Origin: Chiloscyllium plagiosum
Lineage: Eukaryota
Direction: 5' to 3'
Assembly (NCBI RefSeq): GCF_004010195.1
Contig: NC_057719.1
Location: 17,594,165 to 17,658,164, forward strand
DNA length: 64,000 bases
Positions 12,196 to 25,682 of the stretch are shown piece after piece (position 1 is the stretch's first letter; every line of letters starts with the position of its first letter). The notes under the pieces were generated by a model. The model did not search any database and was not told the origin of the DNA. It was given only the letters and a program-made list of their open reading frames with translations. A program made the position numbers and the translations under genes.

Positions 12196-14009
12196 AGTTA
12201 TGGTTTTGAAATATCTGATGGTCCTACTGATGATCACTTTGGCAGTGGATAGTTGGAATGATATGAATAGGCGGTCATTCATCCAAAACTTCAGGAGTTG
12301 ATAGCTAAATGTTTGGACTGGTCAGGGGCAGTAAGGTTGAGGCTGATGATGTTCTGTAAACGGAGACCTTGAATGTTGAGAGGTTGCTGCAAGCTATGGA
12401 AAAGCAGGATGAAGGGGAAAACTGGTCATGGTTACTTTACCAATGAACTGTAGACTCTCAAAAAGCTGAGACACACAATTTGGCCATTTTGACCTCAAAT
12501 TAATCCTGCTTCCAATATTTGGAGCCCTTTCCAATCACAGCATCGTTGTTTCACTTTAGCTGCACTTTTACCACAGATACATCTGTGGACTGATTATGTT
12601 ATGATGCCTGATTTGGACCTATGACCCGTGCCCAGATAAATAACGGAATCCTCTTGATTATTTACTGTTTCGAATCTGATGAGATTCCTTACAGATCAAT
12701 GCTCCCCTCTGCATACCCCCAGCGACACAAAATTCCCAGGTTAACCAGGTTACAATGCTCAGTGGGCGACATCGAAAACATCATCTGTCTTTGTGCCAAA
12801 GGAACGGAACGTAATAATTTTCCATCATCTTTGCAGTTTGCATCAGAAAAGGTATAACAGAACAAGGTCAATGTATTTGGACAGGATACCTCCTGTCTGC
12901 CTGAAGAATGGTACCAGGCAAGGTCAGTTTTCCGAAGCAAACTATCACAACGTTGTTCCACATGGAGCATCAGGGCTGGCAGCATCTTGGTATTGAAATG
13001 GCTGTTTGGGTCAGCATTTGTGTCAGACGATAATTCCCTGGTGGACCTTGCAGCTCTGGGAAGTGACATCAATTACACCAAATTTTTCAGTGATGAAAGG
13101 CCTGTCAGTCCAATTTACCTGTATAGGCCTTTTCTTCATCTTGTACTCTCAGCATATCTCTCCATTCTCATTTCCATAACAATTTGGATCTACTTATCTA
13201 ACGTCCCCTCAAATTCTCTTGCTCTTTTTTGCCTCAACCTCTCCAGGTGATGGCACATTTCACAGGAAAATGTTTTCTCCTGTGTTCCTTTATTGGTGAC
13301 TATCTTTTATACACAATGCTGGTCATTTTAGACTCTTAGAAATAGACTCAGCTTCTCTGCATCCATCCTGTCAAACTGCTTGATAAATTTTAAAGACTTA
13401 CAGATTGCCTCACTTCTAAACAAAAACAAAAGTGCCAGTCAGTGGCAGAACACAATGGACAGCCCACTTCCAGCTTCAAGAAATGCAGAGGTTCACACGA
13501 ATCTGATATTTGATCCACAGCATGAAAAGGTCTGTGAACATCTCCCCACTGAACCACCACAAAACGTTCTGTTTGTGCATCAACTTTGTACAGTTCCCAG
13601 GCGCGCCGCCACCACTCCGACCTTTTCAGTGGCAGTGTCTGAACGTTCAACAGCTTTAATGCTGCCATAACCCTGCACAAGGTAACTACAACAGTGCATC
13701 AAATGAAACACATCACTTTGGCATCAACCGGAGGGCAAACAGGAAGACAACACAGAATCCAAAGCCATCATCAGGAAGCTAAACACATCCAGAAAAAGAA
13801 AGAAAGAGTAAGAAAATAGAAGGGTTTGTACATAAAATGTTAAATGTTTAAATACAAAAAAAGGAAAGTTAGCCGAGTGTGGTAAAAGCCTTGTGAAGGT
13901 TAGTGCAATTGGAATGTGACATAAGGAGAATATAAAGTCTTCTGAAGAGATCAATGTCACTGCAGCAGTTAGAGGTTTCATTATATCACAACAGAGAAGA
14001 CTAAGGAAC

Positions 14010-14800
14010 ATTTTGCCTCTTTGGCCTGTTCTGTCATTTAACTAAATCTTGACTGATCATCTACCTCAATGACATTTTTCCACACCATCCCCATAATTTG
14101 GAAATCTATTGATCTCTGTCTTTAATATGCTCAATGACTGAGTCTTCACAGCCTTCTGGAATAGAAAATTTTAAAGATTCATGACATTCTTAATGAAGAA
14201 ACTGCATAGAACCACATAATATGCACAGAGGGAACCCATTGTGTCCATGCTGACCACACCCCCTCATCTCAGTTCTCAATGGCCTTCCTCTTATGTTGAG
14301 ACAGTGTCCACCAGCTTTGTACCTTCTCCCCTGCACTCCTCCCCTACCCACTCCTTTACCCTTCGCAAAGCGAAACATCATTCTTGTGTCAAACCCTAGC
14401 AAGCCTGTAAGAACTTCAATTGTTTCAATGAGATCACATCTCAATCTTCCAAACATAGGCAGAGTCCCTCCACAAGGGCAAACCCCAGTATTAGTTTAGA
14501 GAATCTCTGATGCACTCTATTGATGACAAGTATATAGGCAAGGAGAAAAAAACTACACAATACTCCAGGTGTGATCTCACCCAGAATCGATATATTTGCA
14601 GCAAGATATTTTACTCATGTTTACTCATGTATTCAAACCCTCTTGTATTAAAGGCCAACATACTTTATGCCTTCATATTTGCTTGCTGGACCTGCATGTT
14701 ATGAACAAAGACAGCCAGGTCCCTTTGGACATCAACCTTGCAATCGCTCACCACCTTAGAATCTCTGCATTTTCTTTTAAAGAGGGAATAAACCATTCCC
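14010..14800 (-). mobile_element. Old CR1 3' fragment(s)
   Basis: Minus translation RLRCDLIETIEVLTGL...GHCLNIRGRPLRTEMR, typical of the CR1 C-terminus. Confidence 0.75.
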
Positions 14801-16689
14801 AATAAGCAACAAAATTGAGTAAGTCAGAAATTATTGATGGGATTTTCTAAAGATGGTCAGCTTCTTGGGGATATACACTTGTTTTGCATTGATTACTTGC
14901 TACTTTTCACTAATAGGTTTAATTGTAAAATTGCTCATCCTAATTTTTGACTGTCCCTCCACATATGCCACACTTAAGCTTGAACCTTTGGGTCATGGTT
15001 CTTACTTTTCTCTCTCAAGCCCAACACCAAATTCAGCTCATAAAGTCATGTTGCCATGAAAACCAGGCACCGTTTAATTGTTCCATTTAATAATAAAGTT
15101 GGAAGTCCCCCTCCAATCTCAAAGTGAAAGCTACATCAGTTATGTTTATCAAACTATCATGACATGAATGAATAAGTAATGAAGTTTCATATGATATTGG
15201 TTGGTGAATAAATATTGGATAGGATATCAATACCATAACTTTCACAGAGCCATGCCACAAGATGGCTTCTTTTCCACCTGAGAGGGCAGACGCAGCCTCA
15301 GTTTAACATCATAGCAATAAGTATAGCACCACAGTACAACAGGTCTTCAGATCATGTGCTACCTTCAATTAGTTATGTTAAATCTCTCTGTGTGGCATCT
15401 CTCTTGAGGAGAGGCCTCAAAAGAACTGGCCTTCAATTTAGGAAACATAAAGGATTAGTTTTTATTGTCTGTCAGAGTTAATGTTCCAGTGAAGAGAGGG
15501 GGTTGATCAATACCTTGCCAGGTTATACACACAGAATCCTTCACTGTGAATTTCCTAAGTCCACTTATGTCTTATGAACCACTTAAAAGGCCCTATTGAT
15601 CCTTAATTGTGGGTTTCTGATGCAGACTACTAATTCTCTTGAGAAACCAGCAGCTATGCCTTTAACCTTTTCTTAGCCAAATCCTTTCCTTACTCCCAAT
15701 TCACTTGGGTGGTCATCCTGTGGCCTGCAGTGCATATATGCCTTCAGAATGAAAGTTATTGAAAGACTGGATGAAAATAGCCAGAAAGGGGAAGAAAAAT
15801 GATAATGTTCATATATTAATAGATTGGAAAGCACAACAATTCATGAATGACTTCTATTCAGAAAAAAGTCAGTGACTTAGTTTATTCCTCTTTTCATATG
15901 CCCTCTTACACTACTACATGACCCTGTGGCCTAACTGGAGGTAGAGAATGAAGGGGAAAGAAATCCTAAAGACATATTCTTAAAGCAACGTAAAGTATAT
16001 CTACTGCACAACAGTGTGGAGGCCTGCACTTGACAAGGTCAGGCGACTGAGGCAGGGATAAATGAGAGTTACCTGAACTATTTCATTTGTCACTGACCAG
16101 ACTTCCTGCAAAGCCTGAAAATCAATTCGACTGAAAACAAGTTTCTTTCAGGGCTTTTCAAATACCTGTCATAAGTGAGATATCTATAGAAACAGCATAA
16201 GCAAAATAAAGAGTTTGTAATCATAAATTTTGTGTACTGTTTTGTGAAGAGTGTAAAAGACTCTCTCTTTGGCAGAATTTATGAAGATCTGTTAATGGCT
16301 AGCCTGAGTTGTCCCAGGTGTCCCAGACAGCAATGAGGTCTAAACCACATTAGACCAGATCAAGAGTTTTTTGACTATGTCCAAGTTGTGACAGGTTTTG
16401 AGGGATTTCCACCACAAGGCCTAGCAGCATTTCTTGACATATCTTACCAAACACACCTCAAAAATACCTACCCCACTGCCATGGTGCTCCTCTGGTCCAA
16501 TTCTAGCCTTACCTTCCCACAGGCTGTTCCCGGAAGAATTTGCTACTTAGCGGATATCAACTGTAATAATGCAGGAAGCCTGACAGGAAAGGAACACCAT
16601 TTATTGCTGAACCAAAATATTGCCACTAGTCTCGGCAATATAGATAAATAGGCTAATCCCGGTCTGGAACAGATATTTCTGCAGATCCA

Positions 16690-17164
16690 TCCCTGGGTCT
16701 GCTTTATTATTTTTAAACAAACAATAATCTCAGAACCAATTATAGAAACTTACTCAATTCTCACTGAAATCCCTGAGTATGCTTTACATTTATTCTTTTT
16801 GTAACCAATCTGTTTAGAGAAAACCCCGAGTAAAGGCGAGATGTGAACACAGGCCTCTGAGCTCAGAGGTAGGAACACTACCAGTGCACCACAAAATTCC
16901 CCTTATACCCAGAAGTGCTCTCACACACAACTCAGCAACTTTCCCACCAACAAAATCTCCGTGATTATTATTTTTGTTTTTTTAAAACTACTAAATGACC
17001 ATTAGTAAAAACACCCATGTAGCCAATTAGATATTTACATGCAATGTCTGTTAAGGGTTAAAGGGCTCAGGTGATGAGTTCCAGCTGACCAAGGAAACTC
17101 ATCTTCAACAAGTTCCATGAGGAAATTAATTACCAATTCTCCATAGGCCCCAAAGGGGTTGTCA
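16690..17164 (-). mobile_element. 3' LTR of decayed Gypsy element (distal boundary uncertain)
   Basis: Begins TG immediately after a polypurine tract (minus AGAGGGGGAGGGAAG, 17165-17179); similar to 6280-7593. Confidence 0.6.
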
Positions 17165-18400
17165 CTTCCCTCCCCCTCTGAGTCTGAGTGTTCCTCCTTG
17201 CTCCTGTCACAATGGGACCTCCTGCGTTGTTTTGCCCATAGCCCTATTCCTTTTGCTTTTTGGGTCTGGTTGAGAGCTGTATAATAAGTAGGTGAATGGC
17301 ACCTCTGCAAAGATCATTGAAGAATCACTGCAAGGGGCTTATCCTTGGATTCTCGGCAGAGATGGACAATGTGTTTTCTTTGCTTTTGTGTGGACTTCTT
17401 CCCAGTTTTACAATACCGTTCCTTTATTTTTCAAATGACAACTCCTGGGATCTCTGGTGAACTATCAAAGTTCCTTATGTGGACTTGATCTGCCCCTAGC
17501 CTTATCTGATACGGAGGAAAAACCTCCGCTTTACTCTGCTCCTTTTCCTAATTTTCACTTTCTCTTTCATAAAGCATAATCCATCCTTGTCAATTCTGCA
17601 CCTGAGGTGCCTTACCTCATTTACTGAGAACACTTTTTTTTCCCTTTCTAGCTAGATTCTAGCCTCGGGAAATCACCATAGGACCTCTTCCAAACTTTCC
17701 ACACATTCCTTTGCAGTTGCTATTGAGACAAAGACTTCATCCAGACAGACTGCCCATCTGGCACCCCCTCAGAGAATGTTCCTCAAGACTGTTTGTACAA
17801 TGATGCAAACTGAAGATATCCCAAAGAGCAGTGAGTGTACTCGCAAGGTCCTTTATGAGTATTTATTGGGACATACTTCCTGGATGACCCCTCAAGCTCC
17901 AGTTGGAGGTAGGCATGCCTCATATTCAATTTGGAAAACATGTGATTCCCCTCCCCCACCCAGCTTTGTGTACAAGTCTTCTATATGTGCCATAAGGTAT
18001 CTGTCTAAGCGGGAAATGCTGTTGACTGTCAACTCAATCCCCACAGAGATGGACCGAGCTGGAATCTTATCATAGTTTATTGGTCTTCTCCTCCTCTTCA
18101 GACACTAAGCTCTGCCACAAATCCATCAACTTGGTTGTGAATTCAGGGTGCTCTTGGTGTGGGTTTTAGGAATGGTACCCTTACTGCTCCACCAGAAAGA
18201 CTTTTCATGATGGAGAAGTGGACGGGTGAAAGGATTCTTGGGTCTGCTCTTACCACCTAATATCATGAGGGAATCAGACTGACCGAAGCTTCCTAAACCA
18301 TCCTGCCTCCAGTGTCCTACTGCAAGACAGACGGCAGGTGGTGGAGTTAGGGAATCACAAAGATCAGTCAGATTGGTTTTCCTATTGCAGCCATTTGAAG
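17165..18400 (-). mobile_element. Gypsy LTR retrotransposon pol remnant (RT plus integrase C-terminal fragment), internally deleted
   Basis: Manual minus translation of ~17570-18075 gives SVHLCGD..LTVNSISRLDRYLMAHIEDLYTKLGGG..FSKLNMRHAYLQLELEGSSRKYVPINTHKG..GISS..VCLDEVFV..ESLEEVL, Gypsy RT motifs with stops and frameshifts. QVHIRNFD..PGVVI resembles the integrase C-terminus. PPT present. Confidence 0.85.
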
Positions 18401-18464
18401 ATTGTTCTCTTACTGTTGAGTTAAGAAGAATCGTGAGTTCAAGCCCCACTCCAGTGTCACCATT

Positions 18465-18895
18465 GTTGTATGTATGTTTGTTGAACTGGGAAGTTGATTT
18501 GCAGACATTTCATTCCCTTTCTAGGTGACATCCTCAGTGCTTTGGAGCCTCTTGTGAAGCGCTGCTGTACTGTCTTCTGGAATTTGTTTTGTTTCAGTCC
18601 CACTGCATCCAGTTTCCATTTACGGTTGTTCATTGTATTCGCCGGAATACTGGGTCGAGGCCAGTGTGTTTATTGATGAAGTCCAGGGATGAGTGTCAAG
18701 CTTCTAGAAATTCACTGACTGTCCTCCGTTTAGTTTGTCCTATTATCAATGTGTTGTCCCAGTCGAATTTGTGGTCCTTGTCATCTGTGTGTATGGATGC
18801 CAGGGACAGCTGGTCATGGCATTTAGTGGCTAGTTGGTGTTCAGGGATGCAGATTGCTAGTTGTCTGCCTATTTGTCCTATACAGTGTCATGCTG
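18465..18895 (-). mobile_element. Penelope-like element (family C, Poseidon-like) GIY-YIG 3' fragment
   Basis: Minus translation HCIGQIGRQLAICIPEHQLATKCHDQLSLASIHTDDKDHKFDWDNTLIIGQ..EFLEA*HS; hammerhead motif at 18501-18540. Confidence 0.85.
18501..18540 (-). ncRNA. Degenerate minimal hammerhead motif (PLE family C)
   Basis: GCA-CTGAGGA-T-GTCACC tagaaa GGGAAT-GAAA-TGTC-TGC: core intact, stem II mismatched. Confidence 0.55.
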
Positions 18896-21800
18896 AGGGA
18901 GTGTTGCACTATCAGTGCACTGTTCCAGATTAAATGTGAAACGAGATCCCCAATCACCCCTTGTTGCTGAATGTAAAACATGCACAGCATTATTTTGAAG
19001 AAAGATTGCCTTACAACAATGTAACTCAAAAAGTCTTGAAAACATGTCAAATAGGATTTTTTTCTCTCTTAAAATATTTGCAAATGAAAGAAACAAATAA
19101 GTTGATGTTTTAAGAGCTAATACTTTAGGACAAGGGAAGAAAATGTTACCCACCCACAACAGCGCCTGTTTTCTTTATTTGAAATAAAAACCTGTTACTG
19201 ATATATCCACATAGTCATGTCATTGCCAATAATTACATTTCTCAGAAAAAAAAGGAATAAATTGGGTCTTGATTGAATTGATTAGAAACCTTTATAATAT
19301 TTTTTTTCCCTGCTATGAAACTAAAAAAAAAAGACAGGCTAAAATATTCATAAACTCAGCAGCATCTCAATGAAATTATTGAAGCTGATATAGGTATCAA
19401 CTCCCTGAATCTCTGTTGGAAACTCCCACAACTGAAGCACAAGCATGTCATTCCAGCTCATCGGGAAATGGGCACTTTACATAACACCCCTCAATTTTAT
19501 TGCCACACCAGGTCAAGCATTTGGGACATAAAGGTTCCTTTGACACACCTTTTGGCATGTCAAACCTCCCATATTGATAACTAAACGACAAAGCTTAGAG
19601 AGAGGAACTAGATTATTTTTTACTAAGTGAGGAACCCATCACCACAATAAAAACCATACTAAAGAGCCACACCTTGTGCTGTCAGGTTGTAAGGCGCAAA
19701 CACAAAGGGCTCATAGATTATTTCAGTAGGTAGTGGTTAATTTTATAACAAAATCAATCCTTCCTGACATTTGTCTTCTCTATGGTGGTACGGGAGGGGA
19801 CTTCATTATGTGCTGGTATCTGAAGCCCATAATCTATCTCCAGGTTTTATTAGCACAGTGAGACTTTGCAACTGAAGTAAAGCTAATGAATAGGCAAACG
19901 CTAATAGCAAGTATGAACTAATAGCAAGTCCATTTCCCAGCACTGTCATCTGCCACCTGACAAGGGTAGGTGAAGGTTGGGTTGGGCAAGGGGGTGGGGG
20001 TGGGGGAAGTGGAATATGGAAATAATGTATTTATTTGTTAATTACAGAAGAGTCTGCCCCCGCCTATGCTCCTACAGCGCTTGCTGTGAAAAGCCACTGG
20101 CTCGAGGAGACGGTTGAACACAGTTCATCAGTGCAGTGTGATTGCTGGCCCCATTGACAAAATAATTTGCACCCGTCGCTTTTTTGAGGCGCGTGTTAAA
20201 TGACGGATTTGGCACGCCGATTTTGAATTTTAATCGGAAGTGAAGGAATGACACTGTACATCAAAACAAAGCATCAGATGTTAAATGGGCTTTTGCAATC
20301 ACTGTCAAACAAGATTCCATTAAGGAGCCATGACTTCATGAGCATCAATCACATTTTTTTTTTCAAAATCCTGTATATATAGCTTTAATTAGACTCCAAT
20401 TTTCAACAAGCAGTTTGCTAAGTTGTTGCAAAGCTATTCATATTAATGGCGAAAATGTAGACCTTAAATGGCGGTACTCGTATACTGGACTGTGTTCTTT
20501 TTAATATAGGCACATGTATCTACTATATACTTGGGCATTATGTACATTTTTTGTCGTAACAATCCATTACTTATTATTTCCTTTGCATTTTCCCGCTCAC
20601 CCAACTTTCTCCTTTATCTGTATTTTGCTGGTGCCACAATCTTCAGGGTTAGTGCAGTTACTAACATTCTCCCTTAACCGTTATGCATAGTTACCGACAT
20701 GATGCTCCAAGGGCTAGGTCATATAAGAACTAACAAGTCTACAGTCTGCTGTGGTCAGTTATACCCTGTGGCAGGTTACACTCCAGTTCTTCACCAGGAA
20801 TTAGCAAAGGGACTTGGAATAGGACACTAATCTCACACATCCTGTGAGTAACAGCACAAAATGATTTTGAGCTGAATAAATGGCCCAACATTTGTGGACA
20901 GCCCACTTTAGCAAGATTCGCTCAAGGTCTTCAGCCTTGGTCTCTATAAAGGAATCCTCTTACACATCGGAGTTGTGCAACATGGAAATAGACCCTTCAG
21001 TCCAACTAGTCCATGCCAACTATAATCCCAAACTAAACTAGTCCCACTGTGCTTGGCCCAGGACTTTCAAACTCATCTGGAGGAAAGTTCCTGAACAGTA
21101 TATTGGGGAATAAGTGGATCTGCTGTATTTTGTGGCATTAATATTCCATACAGATTTTGTTTATTCCACAACAGCTTAAACAAAACAACAAAAGGACAAG
21201 TTACTGTGATCATGTTTCTACATGCGTCCACAGTTTCTGTACAGCCAAATCTTGTGTAAAATGAACATACCAACAAGGAACAAGTGAAGCCTGCTCCACC
21301 AATCAAAATGGCTGATTTAATTCTAACTTGAATCCTACGTTCCTGCATATCCCAATAATCTTTTTCGACCCTTTGATAATCAGGCCCACATCTTGGCAAG
21401 GGAGTTTCTCTCATGCAATGGAGATTCCTGTGAACAATACAAAACAAATTTAGCACCAACTAGACAATCCACAGCTATATTCTATTTTTCTCTCTGCAAC
21501 TTCTCTGAAGGAGACAACCCTCTTTAAAAGGTAAATTCTTTGAGTTGTAAACACAATAGCAAAATACTGTGCATGTTGTGAAATAAAAACAGAAAATGCT
21601 GAGACAGTCAGTCGGTCTGGCAGCATCTGTGAAGAGAGAAAAAAAAACAACAGAGTTCATAATCTTTCTAGGTCTGCCATCAGCATCGTCATCTCTTCTT
21701 GATCTTTGATGGAGAAAATTAAGGAAATTGCATTTTAGCTGAAAAAGTGCAAGTTTCATAACTTGTCACAGCCTCTCAAACATTGACAGACCCAGTGTAA

Positions 21801-21954
21801 ATTTGTAATAACTATTGAAATCTATGGGACAAAGAGAACAGCAAACACCATTGACCTATATTTAGATTGGAAACTACATTCAGTTAAGGATACTTAATTC
21901 CAGTTTGGAGATTCTCAATATCAAAGTGGATTCTATAGCATTTTTATTTTCTAT

Positions 21955-22270
21955 TTATTCATGAGTCACTGTCTGGGCCAACATTTATTGCACATCCTTA
22001 ATTGCTCAGAAGGCAGCTGAATGTCAACCACATTTCTATGGATTTGGAATCACCTGTAGGCCAGATGACCTAACGATGGCAGTATACTATCCCTAAAAGA
22101 ATATCGATGAACCAGATGAATTATGACAATTGACAGTGGTTACATGGTCAGCATTAGGCTGGTAGTTTTATTCCAGATTTTTTAAATGAATTCACGATTT
22201 ACCATCTGCCCACATCCCCAGAACATTAGCCTGGGGCTTCAGATTACTAGTCTAGTGGCCTTATCACAAC
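21955..22270 (-). mobile_element. tRNA-derived SINE
   Basis: Reverse complement of the 36881-type SINE. Confidence 0.65.
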
Positions 22271-22589
22271 ATCAATCCCTCACATATAGTCAGCTTGGGT
22301 TTTCCAACCAAAACCACTACAGTCAGCTCACAGCGCTTGATCCACAAAGAGGTTGAAATTGGTTACGTTCCTATCAAATAGACTTCAAGAAATTTTGACT
22401 CAGTCATGAAACTGTCCAGGTGTTAAAAAGGTCAGGTACCTCAGTAAGGATGGCACAGGGGATCATCTCAATTTCATCTATTCATCATTGGTCTTCATTT
22501 CTTTAGTTCCAAAATATTGGGGCTTCCTTTCCTTTCACTCCTGATGCTGCCCCATTTAAGGGGCTTCTGGAAGACCAAGAGCTATAAAC

Positions 22590-22970
22590 AATGGCAGCTC
22601 TTGGATTTAAATGAAGTATATTTGAAGCATAGTCACTTCTGTTATGTAGGAAGCGTAGCTGCCAATTTTCAAAAAGCAGGCACCCACAATCAACAGCATG
22701 GTAATAAGCAGATAATCTGCTCTAGTGCTTTTATCAGAGGAATCACTATTGTGGAGAAATACCTTACTTTTTTTATGAAAACCATCACAGAATATTTTAC
22801 TTTGCACTGAGAGGGCAAAGATCCTTGCTTTAACACCAAACACAAAAGGCAGGTCTGACAGTATAACTCAGGATTTCAGTAGTGAGTCAGGCGAGATTAT
22901 CTGCATGGATCTGAAGCAAGACCAGAACATACTGATCTTTCAAAATAAAAGTAAGAGTGATGCAACCCAG
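22590..22970 (-). mobile_element. Ancient Deu-domain-type SINE (SacSINE1/AmnSINE-like)
   Basis: TTTGAAGCATAGTCACTTCTGTTATGTAGGAAGCGTAGCTGCCAATTT..CCCACAA..CAGCA motif shared with 57660-58095 and (reverse) 44090-44450. Confidence 0.6.
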
Positions 22971-24444
22971 GCCAACATCCACTAATCCCCAGATTCAGTC
23001 TTGCACAGTCCTTCTCAGAAAACTGCGGCTACTCACGGAATCAACACATTCAGGGTCAAACTCTGAAGCCATTTAATTTGATGCTCAGGTCAATCATGAT
23101 CTCATTGAATGATGGAGCAGACTCGATGGGCTGAATGGCCTAATTCTGTGCCTACATTTCTACATTCCTACAAGACTGCATGTCCTTACCAAAGGGCACA
23201 GTTATAATAAACTGATGAAAATGTTTGTGCCAATAGAGTGAGTAGGAAATGATTGGAAATGGGTTATCAAAAAGAATGGGGGGGTGGAAATTCAGTGATA
23301 AGGAATTGGATAAGTACTGAAAAAGAAAAACAGCAGGGAGTACTGCTATTTGACATAAGTATGATCAACCGAACGGCTGCTTTCCATGCTTTATAACTCA
23401 ATGATCTTATCCGCCGTTCTACAACATTGGGTTTAGACCCAGGTGGGAAGCTGAAAATCTACCTCATTGACTTTTTTTCTTCAGTCATTTGTATGCAAAC
23501 CTTTTAAGGCCCACTTTATCTGATGGGGATTTACTGCCTGTACCACACTCCTGAGATTTGATGGACTATTTCAGTGAAATCTTTCACTCACATTCTCTGA
23601 AGCTCAGCTTTTTAAGTTAGCTTTGTTTTGCATGCATCTTCCCACCAGACCTAACTAACCCAGCCTATTTATAAAAGGTCAAGTGGGTCATTAATGCTTG
23701 TTAAGGCATTAAATTAACATAATTCTATCTACTTACCCTTGCCTGTCTTAATTTACCACCTGCAGTAAATTACCATGAAGGAATCTGGATTGAATCGTAC
23801 TTGCATCTGAACAGTAAAGGTCTGTTATTAGCATACAGTTACTCCCCAAAAGTACCTTAAATAAGTCACAACGGATAATTGAACTGGAAGCAGAGGATTT
23901 TAAAATGAGGAATAGAGAGTGTGGAAAGAGAGAAGACACTACAAAGGAATCAAAATATCCAAGGTGTTTAAAAAAAAGGAGACAGAAGAGATAAGGTACC
24001 TTTTTCACTTACCAGGCAAGTTAAGTTCTTTGTTTACAGCTCAACACTGCAAAGTAATAGGTTACTGAATGCAACTGTCTTCATTCTGACTGCATTCACA
24101 GAAGCAATAAATGTCAAGTGTCTTTATTGCTCTTGTAGTAGGTTTTTGTCTGAACTTATAAAACAGAAACAAAAACAGTTCAGCCATTTTATCTAAAGCA
24201 TCTCTCCTGCATAAATTCAACGTAACATTCAAATCAATTACTCCAACTCACACTTAGGAATTTGTGAATTTTGAGTCCACTCCTTATATTCCTTTTTTGG
24301 CCAATGGATGAAATCATTTTCTGCTGACCTCTAACACATTACTTGTGACATATTGGAAATCTATAGTTATTGGCTAAGTCAGTGATCATCTCCCAATATA
24401 GATGTCAATTTAAGAGGTAATAATGATGGATAAAAATGATAATG

Positions 24445-24848
24445 ATTTTTGAGAAGATTTGTAGCTCAAGTTGATAATAAGTATGTAAGTTAGCTCGTTG
24501 AGCAGGAAGGTTTGTTTTCAGATGTCTTGTCACCATGATAAGGTAACATCATCAGTCAGAGTCTCTTGTGAAGTGCTGGTGGGACATCCTGCCTCTCTAT
24601 TTATAAGTCTTGGTTTCTTAAGGTGGTTGATGTCATTTCCGGTTCTTTTTTCAAGGGAAGGTACATGGGACCTAAGTTGATGTGTTTATTGATGGAGTTC
24701 TGGTTAGAATGCCAGGCTTGTAAGAATTCTTATGTGTGTCTTAGTTTCACCTGTCCTAGGATGTCTATGTTGTCCCAGTCAAAGTGGCGTCCTTCTTTGT
24801 CTGTATGTATAGAAACTAGTGATAATGGGTCATGTCTTTTAGTAGCTA
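24445..24848 (-). mobile_element. Penelope-like element (family C-related) GIY-YIG 3' fragment
   Basis: Minus LATKRHDPLSLVSIHTDKEGRHFDWDNIDILGQVKLRHT*EFLQAWHSNQNSINKHINLGPMY; degenerate hammerhead at 24518-24558. Confidence 0.85.
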
Positions 24849-25409
24849 ATAATGATCTTGCGAGGCTAGACAGTAATGTGGAAAGGCCTTCAAGATCTAT
24901 GTTTTCTCATATTGAGTAAAGAATGTAACAATTGCCAATTGTACTTTGAAAAAGAGGCCTTGAGACTGGCTTGTGATTTTTGAACCAAGTTTGTGTTACA
25001 AATGGTGTGTGTGTCCAGTAGTATAAACATTTTATTCCATTGAAAGAAGTGTGAAATCTTCTTGATTCGATGAGCAATGGAGGCTTGGATTTTCACCACA
25101 ATGAAGAGCCTTTTTGTTGTGGTGAAAATGGTGGCTGAGACGAGATAGTCCAAACCTTTGAACATAAATACAAATATGGAGCAGGGTAAGCTTTCTAGCC
25201 CCTCTAGTCTGCTCCACCATTTATGAAGATGATGACTGGTCTGATTGTGGCCTCAAAGTGATTCATGTACCACAACTCCTAAATCACTCTGCCTCAGAAC
25301 TCTGTCATCTCTTGCTACTTAAATAATATGCTGCTTTTCTGTTCTTCCTGCTAAAAGTGTTCTCGCATTATACTCTACTTGTCATTCTTTTGACAACTCA
25401 TTTAACTTA

Positions 25410-25682
25410 CGGCACAGTGGCTCAGTGGTTAGCCTCAGGTGACTGTCTGTGTGGAGTTTGCATATTCTCACCGTGTCCATGTGGGTTTCCTCCGGGTGCT
25501 CCCGTTTCCTCCCACAATCCAAAGATGTGTAGGTCAGGTGAATTGGCCATGCTAAATTACCCATGGTGTTAGGTGCATTAGTCAGAGGAAAATGGGTCTG
25601 GGTAGGTTACTCTTTGGAGGGTTGGTGTGGACTGGTTGGGCCAAAAGGCCTGTTTCCACACTGTAGGGGAATCTAATCTAAT
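25410..25682 (+). mobile_element. HE1-like V-SINE (internally deleted)
   Basis: GGCACAGTGGCTCAGTGGTTAGC head, V-domain, TAATCTAATC tail. Confidence 0.9.

Noticed and set aside
21655..21760. Exon-like minus segment DQEEMTMLMADLERL
   Set aside because: Too short, runs into a repeat and a stop codon, and has no donor site.
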